From NCBI GenBank assembly GCA_963730935.1, contig CAVSTP010000004.1, positions 1,536,001 through 1,600,000 of the forward strand: DNA of 64,000 nucleotides. Reading direction: 5' to 3'. Under the pieces are notes generated by a model. That model worked only from the letters and a program-made list of their open reading frames with translations. It did no database searches and was not told the origin of the DNA. The translations under genes were made by a program, and so were the position numbers. Of this stretch, positions 1 to 9,784 are shown piece by piece (position 1 is the first letter of the stretch; every line of letters begins with the position of its first letter). The DNA comes from an uncultured Nitrospiraceae bacterium (GTDB lineage: Bacteria; Nitrospirota; Nitrospiria; Nitrospirales; Nitrospiraceae).

Positions 1-434
1 TCGAAGGCGGCATCACGCACCGCATTCTTGTGAAAATACACTTCAGTCCCATCCTCGAGCGTAATGAAGCCGTAATCTTCTCCGGGAAACAGCTGCGTCA
101 CAATCCCCCGCTCGGGCGGCTCGCTGACATAGATCTCATGTGATGTCCGCTTTTCGCGGATTCTGTCCAGCTCGAGTCCCAGCGCGTCGAACGTCAGGCG
201 GATGGATTCATCGAACGTCTCCTGGTGCTTCGCGGCCGTGATCGTATGCCCAGGGATCTGCACGACGAGGAGCACGCTGTGAGAATCGGCGGGCTTGCGG
301 TGATCGTGCTTTGTGAGCGTGACGCGGATATGCGTGATCTCATGATTCCGATGTAAATCAGCCACCCGCGATTCGATGTCGGACCGCCACTCGGCTCTAA
401 GAGCGGTTTGTCGTCCTTCAATTTCCAGATCCAT
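1..434 (-). CDS. HPF/RaiA (sigma54 modulation/S30EA-like) domain fused to a cold-shock domain; C-terminus runs off the window
   Basis: Not in the ORF track. Manual translation from the ATG at 434 (preceded by AGGAG): MDLEIEGRQTALRAEWRSDIESRVADL...ITAAKHQETFDESIRLTFDALGLELDRIREKR...GIVTQLFPGEDYGFITLEDGTEVYFHKNAV. The cold-shock RNP motifs YGFI and VYFH are present. Confidence 0.8.
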   Translation of the reverse strand, partial: MDLEIEGRQTALRAEWRSDIESRVADLHRNHEITHIRVTLTKHDHRKPADSHSVLLVVQIPGHTITAAKHQETFDESIRLTFDALGLELDRIREKRTSHEIYVSEPPERGIVTQLFPGEDYGFITLEDGTEVYFHKNAVRDAAF

Positions 435-810
435 GCTGGACTCCTCTCCTACAATAAATAAAATAGTGGCCGGAGATATCCGCCATTAACGCTCCCGCGT
501 CTGAATAAAGAAAACTAGCATCATCCCTGGCAGGAATCGTGACGGCCCTAGCGTGAGGAGCCGTGAGAAAAGGATTTGTTGTGAGAGGATAGGGAAGCGC
601 CCGTTCGTCAAGAGTCTTGAGGAGGCGGATAGTGGACCTAGCTGCGACTTGCGAGGGTGCAGGGCGCTATCGTTGTGTTCGCTAATGGCGATGGCGAGAC
701 GCACTGTCCGAAGGTTCGTTCAGGCGCAGTCTGGAACGGACCAAGTTGCGGAGCCAAGCATCGATAGCGCCATGCGGTTTCACCCTCGCTGGAGCAAGCG
801 GTCCACCGCG

Positions 811-1659
811 TCACATCTTCACCCTATCTCCACGCTTCACTATCCCGCCCTGGATCACCTTCGCATAGACCCCGACATTTCCCTCGTTCTGCTGGACGGC
901 TGTCCGGAGGATGCCGTTGTCTTTGGGCAGATCTCCCTGCGCCAGCGTCGTCATGACGCAGCGGCCGCAAGGGCCGGTGATGGTGAGATGCACCTCGCCG
1001 ACCTTGATCGTCTTGCCGACCCAGGACTGCTCGACGAAGCCATTCGTCCCTTCCGGTGTGTCGACCAGAATGTTGGGACGAAAGCGCTGCGGCTCGAAGC
1101 GGCCCTTCGAATAGGCGGTGTGCAATTTGATCAGCGTGGCGATCGTGATCAGGTGGATCGTGGCGCCGTCGAAAAACGTACCCCGAGGGAGCGTGAAGTC
1201 CGTCACCGCGTCCCGATAGTCGAGGCCATCTATATCGGGCCAATATTGCTCGGCCTTACCGGCCCATGCAGCAGGTAACGTCGCATGGACGCCGCTCATC
1301 CAGCCGCGGTCGGCTACCGCAAGGATCACGGGCCTCTTCAAGGCCTTGGAGAGAATCTGGTGACAGTCGCGCGCGGTGCTTTCCGTATTGGAGCCGTCGT
1401 GCAGCGCGATACGAACGGCTGGAGGCGCGGCGCCCTTTTTCGGCGGGTCGGTGAAGGCTGCCTTGCAGCCGAAGAGCATCGGCCACTTGACCGGGTTCTT
1501 CGCAGACGCCGCCTTGCCTTCGGCCACGTCGATCAGCGCGTAGACCCGATCACCCAGCAGGCCGTGCTGTGTCATCTCGGCTTCCGATAGCTCCTCGCCC
1601 TGCATTGACTTGACCGGATACCGCCACAGGGAGGCGACTTTACCCAGTTCGGCCGTCAT
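811..1659 (-). CDS. MOSC domain-containing protein
   Basis: N-terminal LWRYPVKSMQGE and GLLGDR, RFRPNILV, and the C-terminal GPCGRCVMT motif, all typical of MOSC proteins. Confidence 0.9.
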   Translation of the reverse strand: MTAELGKVASLWRYPVKSMQGEELSEAEMTQHGLLGDRVYALIDVAEGKAASAKNPVKWPMLFGCKAAFTDPPKKGAAPPAVRIALHDGSNTESTARDCHQILSKALKRPVILAVADRGWMSGVHATLPAAWAGKAEQYWPDIDGLDYRDAVTDFTLPRGTFFDGATIHLITIATLIKLHTAYSKGRFEPQRFRPNILVDTPEGTNGFVEQSWVGKTIKVGEVHLTITGPCGRCVMTTLAQGDLPKDNGILRTAVQQNEGNVGVYAKVIQGGIVKRGDRVKM

Positions 1660-1686
1660 GTAGCTCTCCTAAATGAAGTTCAGAAA

Positions 1687-3060
1687 TCATAGCACGGAGG
1701 ACCGTTTTGGAACAGACTCAGGGTCGTCGGATGCCTGCTTGCTTTCCAATTCATGAAGCAGGATGGCCACTAACATGTCGCTCATCACGTTCACGCCCGA
1801 GCGCACGCGCGCAAGGATCCAATCAACCGACATGATCAGCGGAATGGCGGCGGCGATGACCTGGTTCGGAAGCCCCGCGGCCGAAAGCACGAGCGGCAGG
1901 ACGATCAGTCCGGCTTCAGGAATGCCCGCCACACCGACGCCCGCCATGATGGAGGCGAGGACGATCAGGAGTTGATGTCCCATCGAAAGCTCGTAGCCGA
2001 GCGCCTGCGCGAGAAAAAGGGCTGCCATTGCTTCATAGAGGGTGACCCCGTCGTTGTTGAGGTTGGTGCCGACGCAGGCGGCGAGCCTCGCCGATTGCGG
2101 CGACACGCCCATGCGGTCCAGGCTGCGGAGCGTGACCGGCACGGTGGCGAGGCTGCTGTTGCAGGAAATGGCCGTCATAATCGCGTCGACACCGCGGCCG
2201 AAATAGATGCGGGGCGGTTTCTTGCCGACCAACCAGGCAACGAGTGGGTAGTAGACGAATGCGTGCACCGACAGACCGACCAGAATGGCCACGAGAAAAA
2301 TCCAGAGCGCAGAAAACACCCCCAATCCAACCCGGCCCACAATAGAGGCCAACACGCCGAACACGGCGAACGGCACAAGCTGGATAATCCACCACAGAAT
2401 ACGGACAAGCCAGCGATAGATGCTTCCAACCGCATGGACCAACGGTTCCATCGGTCCGCGATCGTCATCCTCGGGGCCGCGCAGACGCCGCAGCAACGCG
2501 CCAAGTACCAGGGCCAGGATCACGACGCCGATGACGTTGTTGGTCGTAAAGGGCTGGAGCATCGTGCGCGGGATGTAGGAAGCGATTTCCTCGAGCGGAT
2601 GGCCGTTGGCAGCAAGGCCACCAGCGGGGGATAACGCGGAGCCTGGCGTAAGATTGAGCAATTCGTCGACGTGGCCCCGCCAGGTGAGGCCCGGCTGCCA
2701 GCTGTTCATGATGACGAGGCCGATCCCCATCGCAACCGAGACGTTGATCAAGCAGATGAGGATCAGCCGCGTGCCCTGCCGCAGCGGGAGGACCGTCGTG
2801 AGAAAAGCATCGAGGACGGCAAAGAAGATGAGAGGGATCGCAAGGGTCTTGAGCAACAGGATGACGACCATCCCCAGCTGGCCCAGCTGTTCGTTGCGCA
2901 GACCACCTGCATAGGGCTCCTGGCCGAACAGGGCGCCGACGATGGTGCCGCAAATGACGGCGATCACCACCTGGGTGTAGAGCGGCAGGCGGAAGCGAAA
3001 AAAGGTGGCACGGGCGCCGGGGGAAGCGGCTGGTATCTGCGGCTGATCGGGAGTGCTCAC
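1687..3060 (-). CDS. Dicarboxylate/amino acid:cation symporter (DAACS, GltP-like)
   Basis: Multiple TM helices, SCNSSLATVP, GTNLNNDG (NMDG-like), GVAGIP and DWILARVRSGVNV motifs. Confidence 0.9.
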   Translation of the reverse strand: MSTPDQPQIPAASPGARATFFRFRLPLYTQVVIAVICGTIVGALFGQEPYAGGLRNEQLGQLGMVVILLLKTLAIPLIFFAVLDAFLTTVLPLRQGTRLILICLINVSVAMGIGLVIMNSWQPGLTWRGHVDELLNLTPGSALSPAGGLAANGHPLEEIASYIPRTMLQPFTTNNVIGVVILALVLGALLRRLRGPEDDDRGPMEPLVHAVGSIYRWLVRILWWIIQLVPFAVFGVLASIVGRVGLGVFSALWIFLVAILVGLSVHAFVYYPLVAWLVGKKPPRIYFGRGVDAIMTAISCNSSLATVPVTLRSLDRMGVSPQSARLAACVGTNLNNDGVTLYEAMAALFLAQALGYELSMGHQLLIVLASIMAGVGVAGIPEAGLIVLPLVLSAAGLPNQVIAAAIPLIMSVDWILARVRSGVNVMSDMLVAILLHELESKQASDDPESVPKRSSVL

Positions 3061-3120
3061 GTGCGGGGCCGCATCATACCAGATTTCATGTCCATATTTA
3101 TCTGTGGCGAGCCTGGTTAT

Positions 3121-3747
3121 TCAGATTTTTGGAATGCGGAGAGTTTTGCTAATCATGAGGCTGCCGGAGAGAACAAAAAGCAAAGACAATGGATGCAGTT
3201 CCCAGGGACCAAACATCCAGACGCCCCAATAGACTTCATCGCCCAGCCTCCCCTGCCAGCCGGCCAGCGCCAGGACGGCCGTCAGCAGAAAAGTCGTTGG
3301 AATCGGCGTGCCTTCGAAATAGGCGACCTTGTCGCTGCCTTCAGAAAGACGCTCGGCAGTGACGTTGTAGCGCGCGAGCCGGCTCACCCCGCAGCAGACG
3401 AAATAGATCAGCGCCAGCCAATCCCACGTTCCCCGAAGGCCTGCGGCAAAGCCGAGCGTCGCCGGCGCAAGCCCGAACGAGATGATGTCGGCGAGCGAAT
3501 CAAGCTCCCGGCCCAGGGCAGAATGCGTGTGCCGCCAGCGCGCGACACGCCCGTCCAGCCAGTCGAAGACGAGAGCAGCCGGCGTGAGCGCCGCAGCGGT
3601 GAAGTAGTGAGCCGACGAGTGGCTGCCCATATAGAGCATAGCGCATAGAACCGCCGCCACCCCGCATGCCGCATTGGCCAGCGTGAGCACATCGGCCAGA
3701 TGAAACTCGCGGATCATGGAAAAATGCTTGGGACGAAGAGTCGCCAT
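3121..3747 (-). CDS. pssA: CDP-alcohol phosphatidyltransferase (phosphatidylserine synthase-like)
   Basis: DWLDGRVAR...LGRELDSLADIISFG signature, RLARYN and FEGTPIP. The ATG at 3747 was chosen over the longer ORF start at 3837. Confidence 0.8.
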   Translation of the reverse strand: MATLRPKHFSMIREFHLADVLTLANAACGVAAVLCAMLYMGSHSSAHYFTAAALTPAALVFDWLDGRVARWRHTHSALGRELDSLADIISFGLAPATLGFAAGLRGTWDWLALIYFVCCGVSRLARYNVTAERLSEGSDKVAYFEGTPIPTTFLLTAVLALAGWQGRLGDEVYWGVWMFGPWELHPLSLLFVLSGSLMISKTLRIPKI

Positions 3748-4110
3748 GAGAAAACCGTACGCGGGATTTATGGAAATGTCCAGAATCTGATAGGTGGGAA
3801 GAAGAAGAAAGTAGCGAAAGCACCAACGGATGCTCAATAAGGAAGGGGCGAAGAGGAGCAGAGAGGTCTGGAGTTCTCATTAGGATGAGGAGAGACTTTG
3901 GCGGGTTTGACGCCTCGGAGCTGCAAACTGAACCGGACGGAAAGGCAAATAGTACACTGACCTCCCATGCGGCTGATAAGACATCCAGACGCTCGGATAA
4001 GACTCCCAGTACTTGATTCCCCTATAGTCCGCGGCATGTCATCGCACCGGCGATGTGAAACCCTGTCCGATCGAGATCACGCTCGATCCGGCATCACGAG
4101 GAGGCACGTC

Positions 4111-5289
4111 ATGCTACCGCTCAGACTCTTGTTGGTCACTCTTGGTTTGTTGGTCTTGTGGGCATCGCCCGCATCGGCCGAACTGCTGGCCCTATTGAAC
4201 TATGAGAGCAAACCGGGTCAACCGGTCCGGCGCGAAGGGATCGCCATCATGGAGATCGATCCCGAATCACCGGACTTCGGGAAAATCCTGATGGATATCC
4301 CGCTCCCGTCCGATGTCGTCGCCCATCATATCTTTTTCAACCGCGACAAGAGCAAGGCGTACATCACGTCCTTGGGGAAGAGCATTCTGCTTGTCGTAGA
4401 TCTCACCAAGTTCCCGTATCGTCTGCGCACCATTGATGTCCCGGATTGCCAGGTCAACGAGGATCTCGTTGTCTCGGAAGATAACAAGACCTGGTTCCTC
4501 ACCTGCATGGGTTCGAGCAATGTCGTGATGGGGGATGCACAAACTGATAAGCCGATCAAGACGATCAGCTCGTCCGAAGCGGCCGCGTTCATCCTGTATC
4601 CGCACGGCATTGCAATTCACAACGGCATCGATCGGGTGCTCGTTACCAGCACGGTCAAGCCGGATATGTCGGATCAGGGTGACACGGTGACCGTGCTGGA
4701 GGCGAAGACCGGGAAGGTCCTGTCGACGCACAAGGTGGCATCAAAGCCATCGCCCGCGAAATCCGCCCCCGTCGAAGTCATGTTTTCGCCCTATTCGAAC
4801 CCGCCGGTGGTGCACATTACCAATATGCTTGAGGGCACCTTGTGGGCCGGGGTCTGGGATCCGAAGACGAAGGCCTTCACGTTCAATCAGGTCGACGACT
4901 TCGGCGCGAAGGAACAGGGAATGCCGTTGGAGATGCTGTACAACAAGCAGGGGGACCGCCTCTTCGTTACCACGGCCAAGACGGGATTCGTGAATCTTTA
5001 TGACAACAGCGAGCCACGTCAGCCGAAGTTCATTAAAGCCATTCCCTCAGCACCCGGTGCCCATCATAGCGTGCTCTCGCCGGATGAGCGGTACCTGTTC
5101 GTTCAGAATAGCTTTCTCAATCTGGAAGGCATGAGCGACGGATCCATCACGGTGATCGATCTGAAGAATGACAAGGTACTGGGCAGCATCGATACCTTGA
5201 AATCTGCCGGGTACAACCCGAATTGCATCATGCTGCTGCCGAATCATTTTCAGAACAGAGGATTGCGGGCGAACGTTCATCTCCATTAG
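4111..5289 (+). CDS. Exported beta-propeller protein (YncE / selenium-binding protein SBP56-like)
   Basis: GAGGAGG before the ATG at 4111; signal peptide ending ASA; repeated propeller blades; His motifs VAHH, YPHG and GAHH. Confidence 0.7.
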   Translation: MLPLRLLLVTLGLLVLWASPASAELLALLNYESKPGQPVRREGIAIMEIDPESPDFGKILMDIPLPSDVVAHHIFFNRDKSKAYITSLGKSILLVVDLTKFPYRLRTIDVPDCQVNEDLVVSEDNKTWFLTCMGSSNVVMGDAQTDKPIKTISSSEAAAFILYPHGIAIHNGIDRVLVTSTVKPDMSDQGDTVTVLEAKTGKVLSTHKVASKPSPAKSAPVEVMFSPYSNPPVVHITNMLEGTLWAGVWDPKTKAFTFNQVDDFGAKEQGMPLEMLYNKQGDRLFVTTAKTGFVNLYDNSEPRQPKFIKAIPSAPGAHHSVLSPDERYLFVQNSFLNLEGMSDGSITVIDLKNDKVLGSIDTLKSAGYNPNCIMLLPNHFQNRGLRANVHLH

Positions 5290-5309
5290 CGCGCTTGCAG
5301 GGGCAGGAA

Positions 5310-5339
5310 GCGGCTGGCCGCCGGTCGGCGGCCAGCCGC
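5310..5339. terminator. GC-rich hairpin between convergent genes
   Basis: GCGGCTGGCCGCC-GGTC-GGCGGCCAGCCGC is a 13-bp perfect stem with no clear U-tract. Confidence 0.45.
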
Positions 5340-5345
5340 GATCAG

Positions 5346-5945
5346 TCAATTCGGTTTGACGACGAGGTGGCCGCGCCGGTTTTGCTGATAGCAGGACTCG
5401 CTGCGGTCATTACAAAACGGGCGCTCCTTGCCATAAGACACGCCGACCAGGCGTTCGCGCTTGATGCCGAGATCGTTCAGGTAGTTAAGAATCACCTTGG
5501 CCCGCTTCTCAGCGAGTACGAAATTGTAGGTCGAGCTGCCGCGCTCATCGCAATGCCCCTCCACTTTCAACTGGGCGGCTGGGTGGCTGCGCAGCCATTC
5601 GGCGTTGCGGCTCAGGACCTGTCGGCCTTCCTCGCTGATTGTCCAACTGTCGTATCCGAAGTAGACATCGCGGAGACCCGCGGCCGCGGTCGCGGCCTGC
5701 TCCGCCCGTACTTCGTCCATTTGCCGTCTGGCGGTCGCGGGGTCATTCTTGGCCACCGCAATGCCGGAACTCAGCCGCTCCGTGCCTGCCGGATCGTCCA
5801 AGGACAAGTTGGGCAGCGGTTCTTGAACCGGCGCACGGGAGGCGCCTGTCGTGCGCCCATCTGACTGGACCGATTTCTTCGAACATCCCGCCGTCCACAT
5901 GGCCATGCAGCCCACCATCAGTAGACAGATTATTCGACAAGTCAT
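5346..5945 (-). CDS. pal: Peptidoglycan-associated lipoprotein (OmpA_C domain)
   Basis: Lipobox TAGC; VYFGYDS, VEGHCDERGS, SYGKERP and NRR motifs. AAGGAGGG precedes the ATG at 5945. Confidence 0.85.
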   Translation of the reverse strand: MTCRIICLLMVGCMAMWTAGCSKKSVQSDGRTTGASRAPVQEPLPNLSLDDPAGTERLSSGIAVAKNDPATARRQMDEVRAEQAATAAAGLRDVYFGYDSWTISEEGRQVLSRNAEWLRSHPAAQLKVEGHCDERGSSTYNFVLAEKRAKVILNYLNDLGIKRERLVGVSYGKERPFCNDRSESCYQQNRRGHLVVKPN

Positions 5946-6095
5946 ACTCCCTCCTTGGTGAACATCACGAAACGGCTCCGCCCCAATGCCCACGGGTCTT
6001 TTCGTTCCGTGCCGGCCAGAGTGTATCAATTTAGGCGCCTCTGGGCAATACGCTAAGCAATGTTTGTTAAGAATTGGTGAAGTCATCCGCCTCCA

Positions 6096-7016
6096 TTACT
6101 TCTGCGTATGGGCAAACATCCGTTTGGGCACATCGAATGCGAATCGCAATTGGACTGCCCAGTATTCCTGGATGAGCGTGCCCGGTTTATCTGTCGAGAG
6201 ATCCTGCTCGCGATAGACACTTATTTCGTAGTTGTCTTTGAAACGAAAGGCGAGACCGACAATCCAATCCAATTCAGTGGGTCTCAGCTTGTTGCTCAAT
6301 TCACGGTCGGTAAAGAAATTCACGTCGCCGTAGAGCACGAACATGTTCTTGTACAAATCGAAGTCAGCGTGAGCCACATACCGAAACAGCGCCCTTCCGG
6401 TATTGTCCGGTCGAGCGAAATAGCTGCTGTTATGAAACAACCAGCCAAATCCCGCATACGCATTCAAATTTTGGTGAGGGAAGTACTTGCGCCACCACGA
6501 AAAATCATCGGCGGCGTGAAGGTTACCGGTCCCTAGTACATCGGCATACGCTTGCTTGAGGCCGCTCTTGTCGATGGGAGCATCGCGTTCATACTGAATG
6601 CGCCACCCCCACCGATCGATCAGACCGGTCAAGGCATACGCCATATCCCACTCGCTGAGTATGATCCACCCGTTCGTGCGATCAGAAAAGAAGTTTTGAT
6701 CTGTGTAGAACGTGAGGTACTGCTTGTAGAGGTCGACCTCAAGATGGGCCATATAGCGCATTCCGACGAGGCCGGTGTTGTCCGGACGAGCGGCAAACGT
6801 TGGATTCGATACAAAAGGTGCAGCGAGGAGGTAGCCGCCGAATAAGGTTTCCTCGGCCTCGCGCGCCTCCTCGCCTTGTTTCTCCATCGAGGGCAGCGGG
6901 CGGCCATATTTTTCTAATCCATAGGCAGATGACAGCCCGGCACACCAGGAAAGAACTACGAAGCAGAGGATTCTGCTAAGGCCGGATCGATGTAATGAAA
7001 CAGTCGCGAGCATCAT
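6096..7016 (-). CDS. Hypothetical exported protein, probable outer-membrane beta-barrel with an internal two-fold repeat
   Basis: Signal peptide; aromatic-rich alternating strands; duplicated ARPDNTG...RYxAHxxxDLYK...NFFxDR segment. Confidence 0.6.
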   Translation of the reverse strand: MMLATVSLHRSGLSRILCFVVLSWCAGLSSAYGLEKYGRPLPSMEKQGEEAREAEETLFGGYLLAAPFVSNPTFAARPDNTGLVGMRYMAHLEVDLYKQYLTFYTDQNFFSDRTNGWIILSEWDMAYALTGLIDRWGWRIQYERDAPIDKSGLKQAYADVLGTGNLHAADDFSWWRKYFPHQNLNAYAGFGWLFHNSSYFARPDNTGRALFRYVAHADFDLYKNMFVLYGDVNFFTDRELSNKLRPTELDWIVGLAFRFKDNYEISVYREQDLSTDKPGTLIQEYWAVQLRFAFDVPKRMFAHTQK

Positions 7017-7228
7017 GGCTGCGTCCTTAAGCCCATCCGCATGGACTGGGCCGGTGGCAGCCATCATGTTATCTGGTCACACCATGAAGGGGACAGCTGC
7101 CGAAGACACACAGCAAGGCGAAGAACCAATTCCGTTTAAGCGGCTACCGTCGGGATCCATTCCATTCATCCGTAAATGAATAAGAATTTAGTCATACCGA
7201 TGGCCTGTACCGGATTTGCTACAGGTTG

Positions 7229-7621
7229 TCAATGAGGAAGTTCTGACTGCAGGCAACCCACAAAGATGTCCTCGCAGTGATCGTATTCAGTTCCGTCTGG
7301 CACTGGCCGAAATTCCACCCCCGTGATCTCGTCCTTTTCGAGGAGCAGGCTGGCCCAACATCCATGGTGTTCCTGGGCAATGCTGCCCTTTAAAAATGGG
7401 CGGGACTCCTCGAACATGGACGCCTCCTTGTAATAACGGAAGACGACACCTTGCCCGTAGGGCACTTCTCGCAGGGGCGTGCCAGCGCATTGAAGAAGCT
7501 CTGCTCGAGTTTTTCCGACGAGGCGTTTTGCCGTTGGATTATCGGTTTTCATCTCCGGCGCACCTGACACGCATCCACTGAAGAGAACAATGAGGACGGC
7601 AGATGCACGCAGGACGAACAT
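7229..7621 (-). CDS. Hypothetical lipoprotein
   Basis: Lipobox-like LFSGC; four additional Cys residues. Confidence 0.6.
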   Translation of the reverse strand: MFVLRASAVLIVLFSGCVSGAPEMKTDNPTAKRLVGKTRAELLQCAGTPLREVPYGQGVVFRYYKEASMFEESRPFLKGSIAQEHHGCWASLLLEKDEITGVEFRPVPDGTEYDHCEDIFVGCLQSELPH

Positions 7622-7897
7622 AGGACCTTACTTCCTGCCGATAGTTCGTGGAGCGCTAGAGTAAGCTAAATGCAGTGGCGACACAAACCATAGCTTCCGG
7701 AATGAATCCGGCGCAGCCGGCCAGAGCGAGGAGTCCCAGACCGAACAGCTATGGGACCCGGGGACCAGACCTGTAGGTCTGCCGAGTCATGCCGAAGAAT
7801 ACCCTAGGAAAATCTGAAAGAAAAGCCGCAAACTGGGAGCCGTTGTTTGCGGTAGGGGGAAGAACTTTGCTATAGTCCGCGCCGGAGCGACAAGGCG

Positions 7898-8152
7898 ATG
7901 GGATTAGAGCCCAACTATATCGTGGTGGACGGCCAGACCTTCACCAAGGCCAAACTCGCCCTCGACAATCACGTCTACAAGAATTGTCACATCGACGACT
8001 GTGATCTGTATTATAGCGGTGGACAGTACGAGCTGCTCGATACCCACATCACCAATTCACGGCTGATCCTTAACCATCCCGCCAAGGGCATCTACAACGC
8101 GCTGCAGATCTTCCGGATGAAGTCGCCGGGTTCGCGGATTGTCTACGAGTGA
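7898..8152 (+). CDS. Small hypothetical protein (84 aa)
   Basis: GGAG upstream, a TG-n-TATAGT extended -10-like sequence just upstream, and coding-like codon usage. Confidence 0.7.
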   Translation: MGLEPNYIVVDGQTFTKAKLALDNHVYKNCHIDDCDLYYSGGQYELLDTHITNSRLILNHPAKGIYNALQIFRMKSPGSRIVYE

Positions 8153-8200
8153 AATCCGCTGTAGGAACTCAATCTCAAATTTCAGATCTGCGTGCTGGCG

Positions 8201-9553
8201 CTAGGACGTCTGCCGATTGCCCGCTGTCGCCAACGCCCAGACTTCGGCCGCTGCCCTGATACCGCTTTCCACCGCTCCATTCATATAGCCCTGCCACGTG
8301 ATGCTGGTGTGCTCGCCCGCGAACAGCAGGCGGCCATGCGGACGGGCCAGCCAGGGCCGCCAGACGGGATCGAACGAAGGGTCGAAATAGGCGTACCCGC
8401 CTTGAGCCCACGAGTCGTGCTCCCACGTGACGTGGTGACTGTGGAGGAGTGCAGCCTCGTCCGGCTTCAGCCAGTCGAGGGCATGCACCAATCCCTGCAC
8501 GCCTTCCTGCGCCAGAATCTTTTGGGTATCTTCGCTCGCCTGCCCGCCCGCCATGAGCGTCAGAATGCCCGCCGGGCCGCGCTGTTCCTCATTCGCGTCC
8601 CAGATCGCGCCGGTCGGCGCATCGGTGCCGTACGCAGACGAGCGACCCTTGCGCTTCCAGAAGCGCCGGTCGAACTGTAAAAGACTCTTCGTGACCCGGC
8701 CGTACCTCAACCGTTCAAATACTTTCGCCTGCTCGAGCGGCAGGTCCGGTGTGATCTCGATGGCGTGCAGCGTGGTCACCGGCACGGCCAGGATCACATA
8801 GTCCGCGTTCAGCTGCGTCCGATCCCCGCCAGCCCGCTCGACTGTGGTACACACCGACGTCTGGTTGTCATGGACCGCGCGCGCTGTCGTATTGAGATGC
8901 AATGCCTCGCCCAGTTCCACAGCCATGGCCTTCGGCAGCCGGTCGTTTCCGCCTTCGATGCGCCCTGCCGGTTCTGCTCCAGGCGCCTCTGAGGCGAGTT
9001 GTTCGATCAGCACCAGCAGGGAAAGGTCTTCTGGATCGGCGAGAAAGAAGCCGCGCAGACCGCGGACCATCGCGCGCATGTTCCCGTCGGCGTGGACCTC
9101 ATCGAGCCATTGCGCGACCGATCTCTGGGCGATGCTCCTGACGACGGCACTTTCCCAACGCTGCTCCGCCCGCCGATAGGCTTCGATCAACGGCTTCGCG
9201 TGGTCGACGATCGGCTTCCACGCCCGCTCCCCTTTCATCGGACGGCCGTGAATTTTCCCTCTACCCTTGTCGCGCACGAACGAAAACCCCTGCCGCAAAA
9301 TCGTGCGCACGGGCAGATCGTACTGGTCGGCGAGCCGCCGGATGTCTTCCTGCGCGTGGTCAATGAAGTCGCCACCGGCCTCTGCATGCTGGCCTTTGGC
9401 AAAGCCATCGCGAATCGTCAGCACTCGTCCGCCGACGCGGTCTCGCGCCTCCACGACCGTCACGCGTGCGCCGTCCTTCCTGAGACGGACGGCGGCGGAG
9501 AGCCCAGCGAGTCCGGCGCCGACGACGAGAACGGATGTGCCGTTGAGACGCAT
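8201..9553 (-). CDS. Flavin monoamine oxidase family (FAD-dependent) oxidoreductase
   Basis: GAGLAGLSAA, EARDRVGGR, and C-terminal FAGEHT...GYMNGAVESG. Confidence 0.9.
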   Translation of the reverse strand: MRLNGTSVLVVGAGLAGLSAAVRLRKDGARVTVVEARDRVGGRVLTIRDGFAKGQHAEAGGDFIDHAQEDIRRLADQYDLPVRTILRQGFSFVRDKGRGKIHGRPMKGERAWKPIVDHAKPLIEAYRRAEQRWESAVVRSIAQRSVAQWLDEVHADGNMRAMVRGLRGFFLADPEDLSLLVLIEQLASEAPGAEPAGRIEGGNDRLPKAMAVELGEALHLNTTARAVHDNQTSVCTTVERAGGDRTQLNADYVILAVPVTTLHAIEITPDLPLEQAKVFERLRYGRVTKSLLQFDRRFWKRKGRSSAYGTDAPTGAIWDANEEQRGPAGILTLMAGGQASEDTQKILAQEGVQGLVHALDWLKPDEAALLHSHHVTWEHDSWAQGGYAYFDPSFDPVWRPWLARPHGRLLFAGEHTSITWQGYMNGAVESGIRAAAEVWALATAGNRQTS

Positions 9554-9630
9554 GCGGATAGCCTACCCCGCAGTCTCACGGTCCGCCAGAGCCTGGTTCC
9601 CTAGGTGCCCGATCGCGGATCGGAGCGTGT

Positions 9631-9708
9631 CGGGTAATCGATTGCGAGGCAATCGGTGGGTCGGGTGGGTGGAAAGAGTCGACCGCGGTTGGGTGGGTGA
9701 AAAAACGA
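9631..9708 (-). repeat. Partial copy of an intergenic dispersed repeat
   Basis: The reverse complement ACCCACCGATTGCCTCGCAATCGATTACCCG closely matches ACCCACCGATTGCTTCGCAACCGACTACCCG at ~30033-30063. Confidence 0.7.
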
Positions 9709-9784
9709 CTTTGGGCAGGCTGGCCCCAAAATGCTTGTTCTGTAAGGACAAAATCTTGGAGGGGTAGGGGGACCGGCGCAACAG

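Noticed and set aside
435..810. ORFs 486..704 and the 5' part of 553..1278 in the intergenic gap
   Set aside because: No RBS, motif or coding-like composition, and 553..1278 overlaps the MOSC gene antisense.
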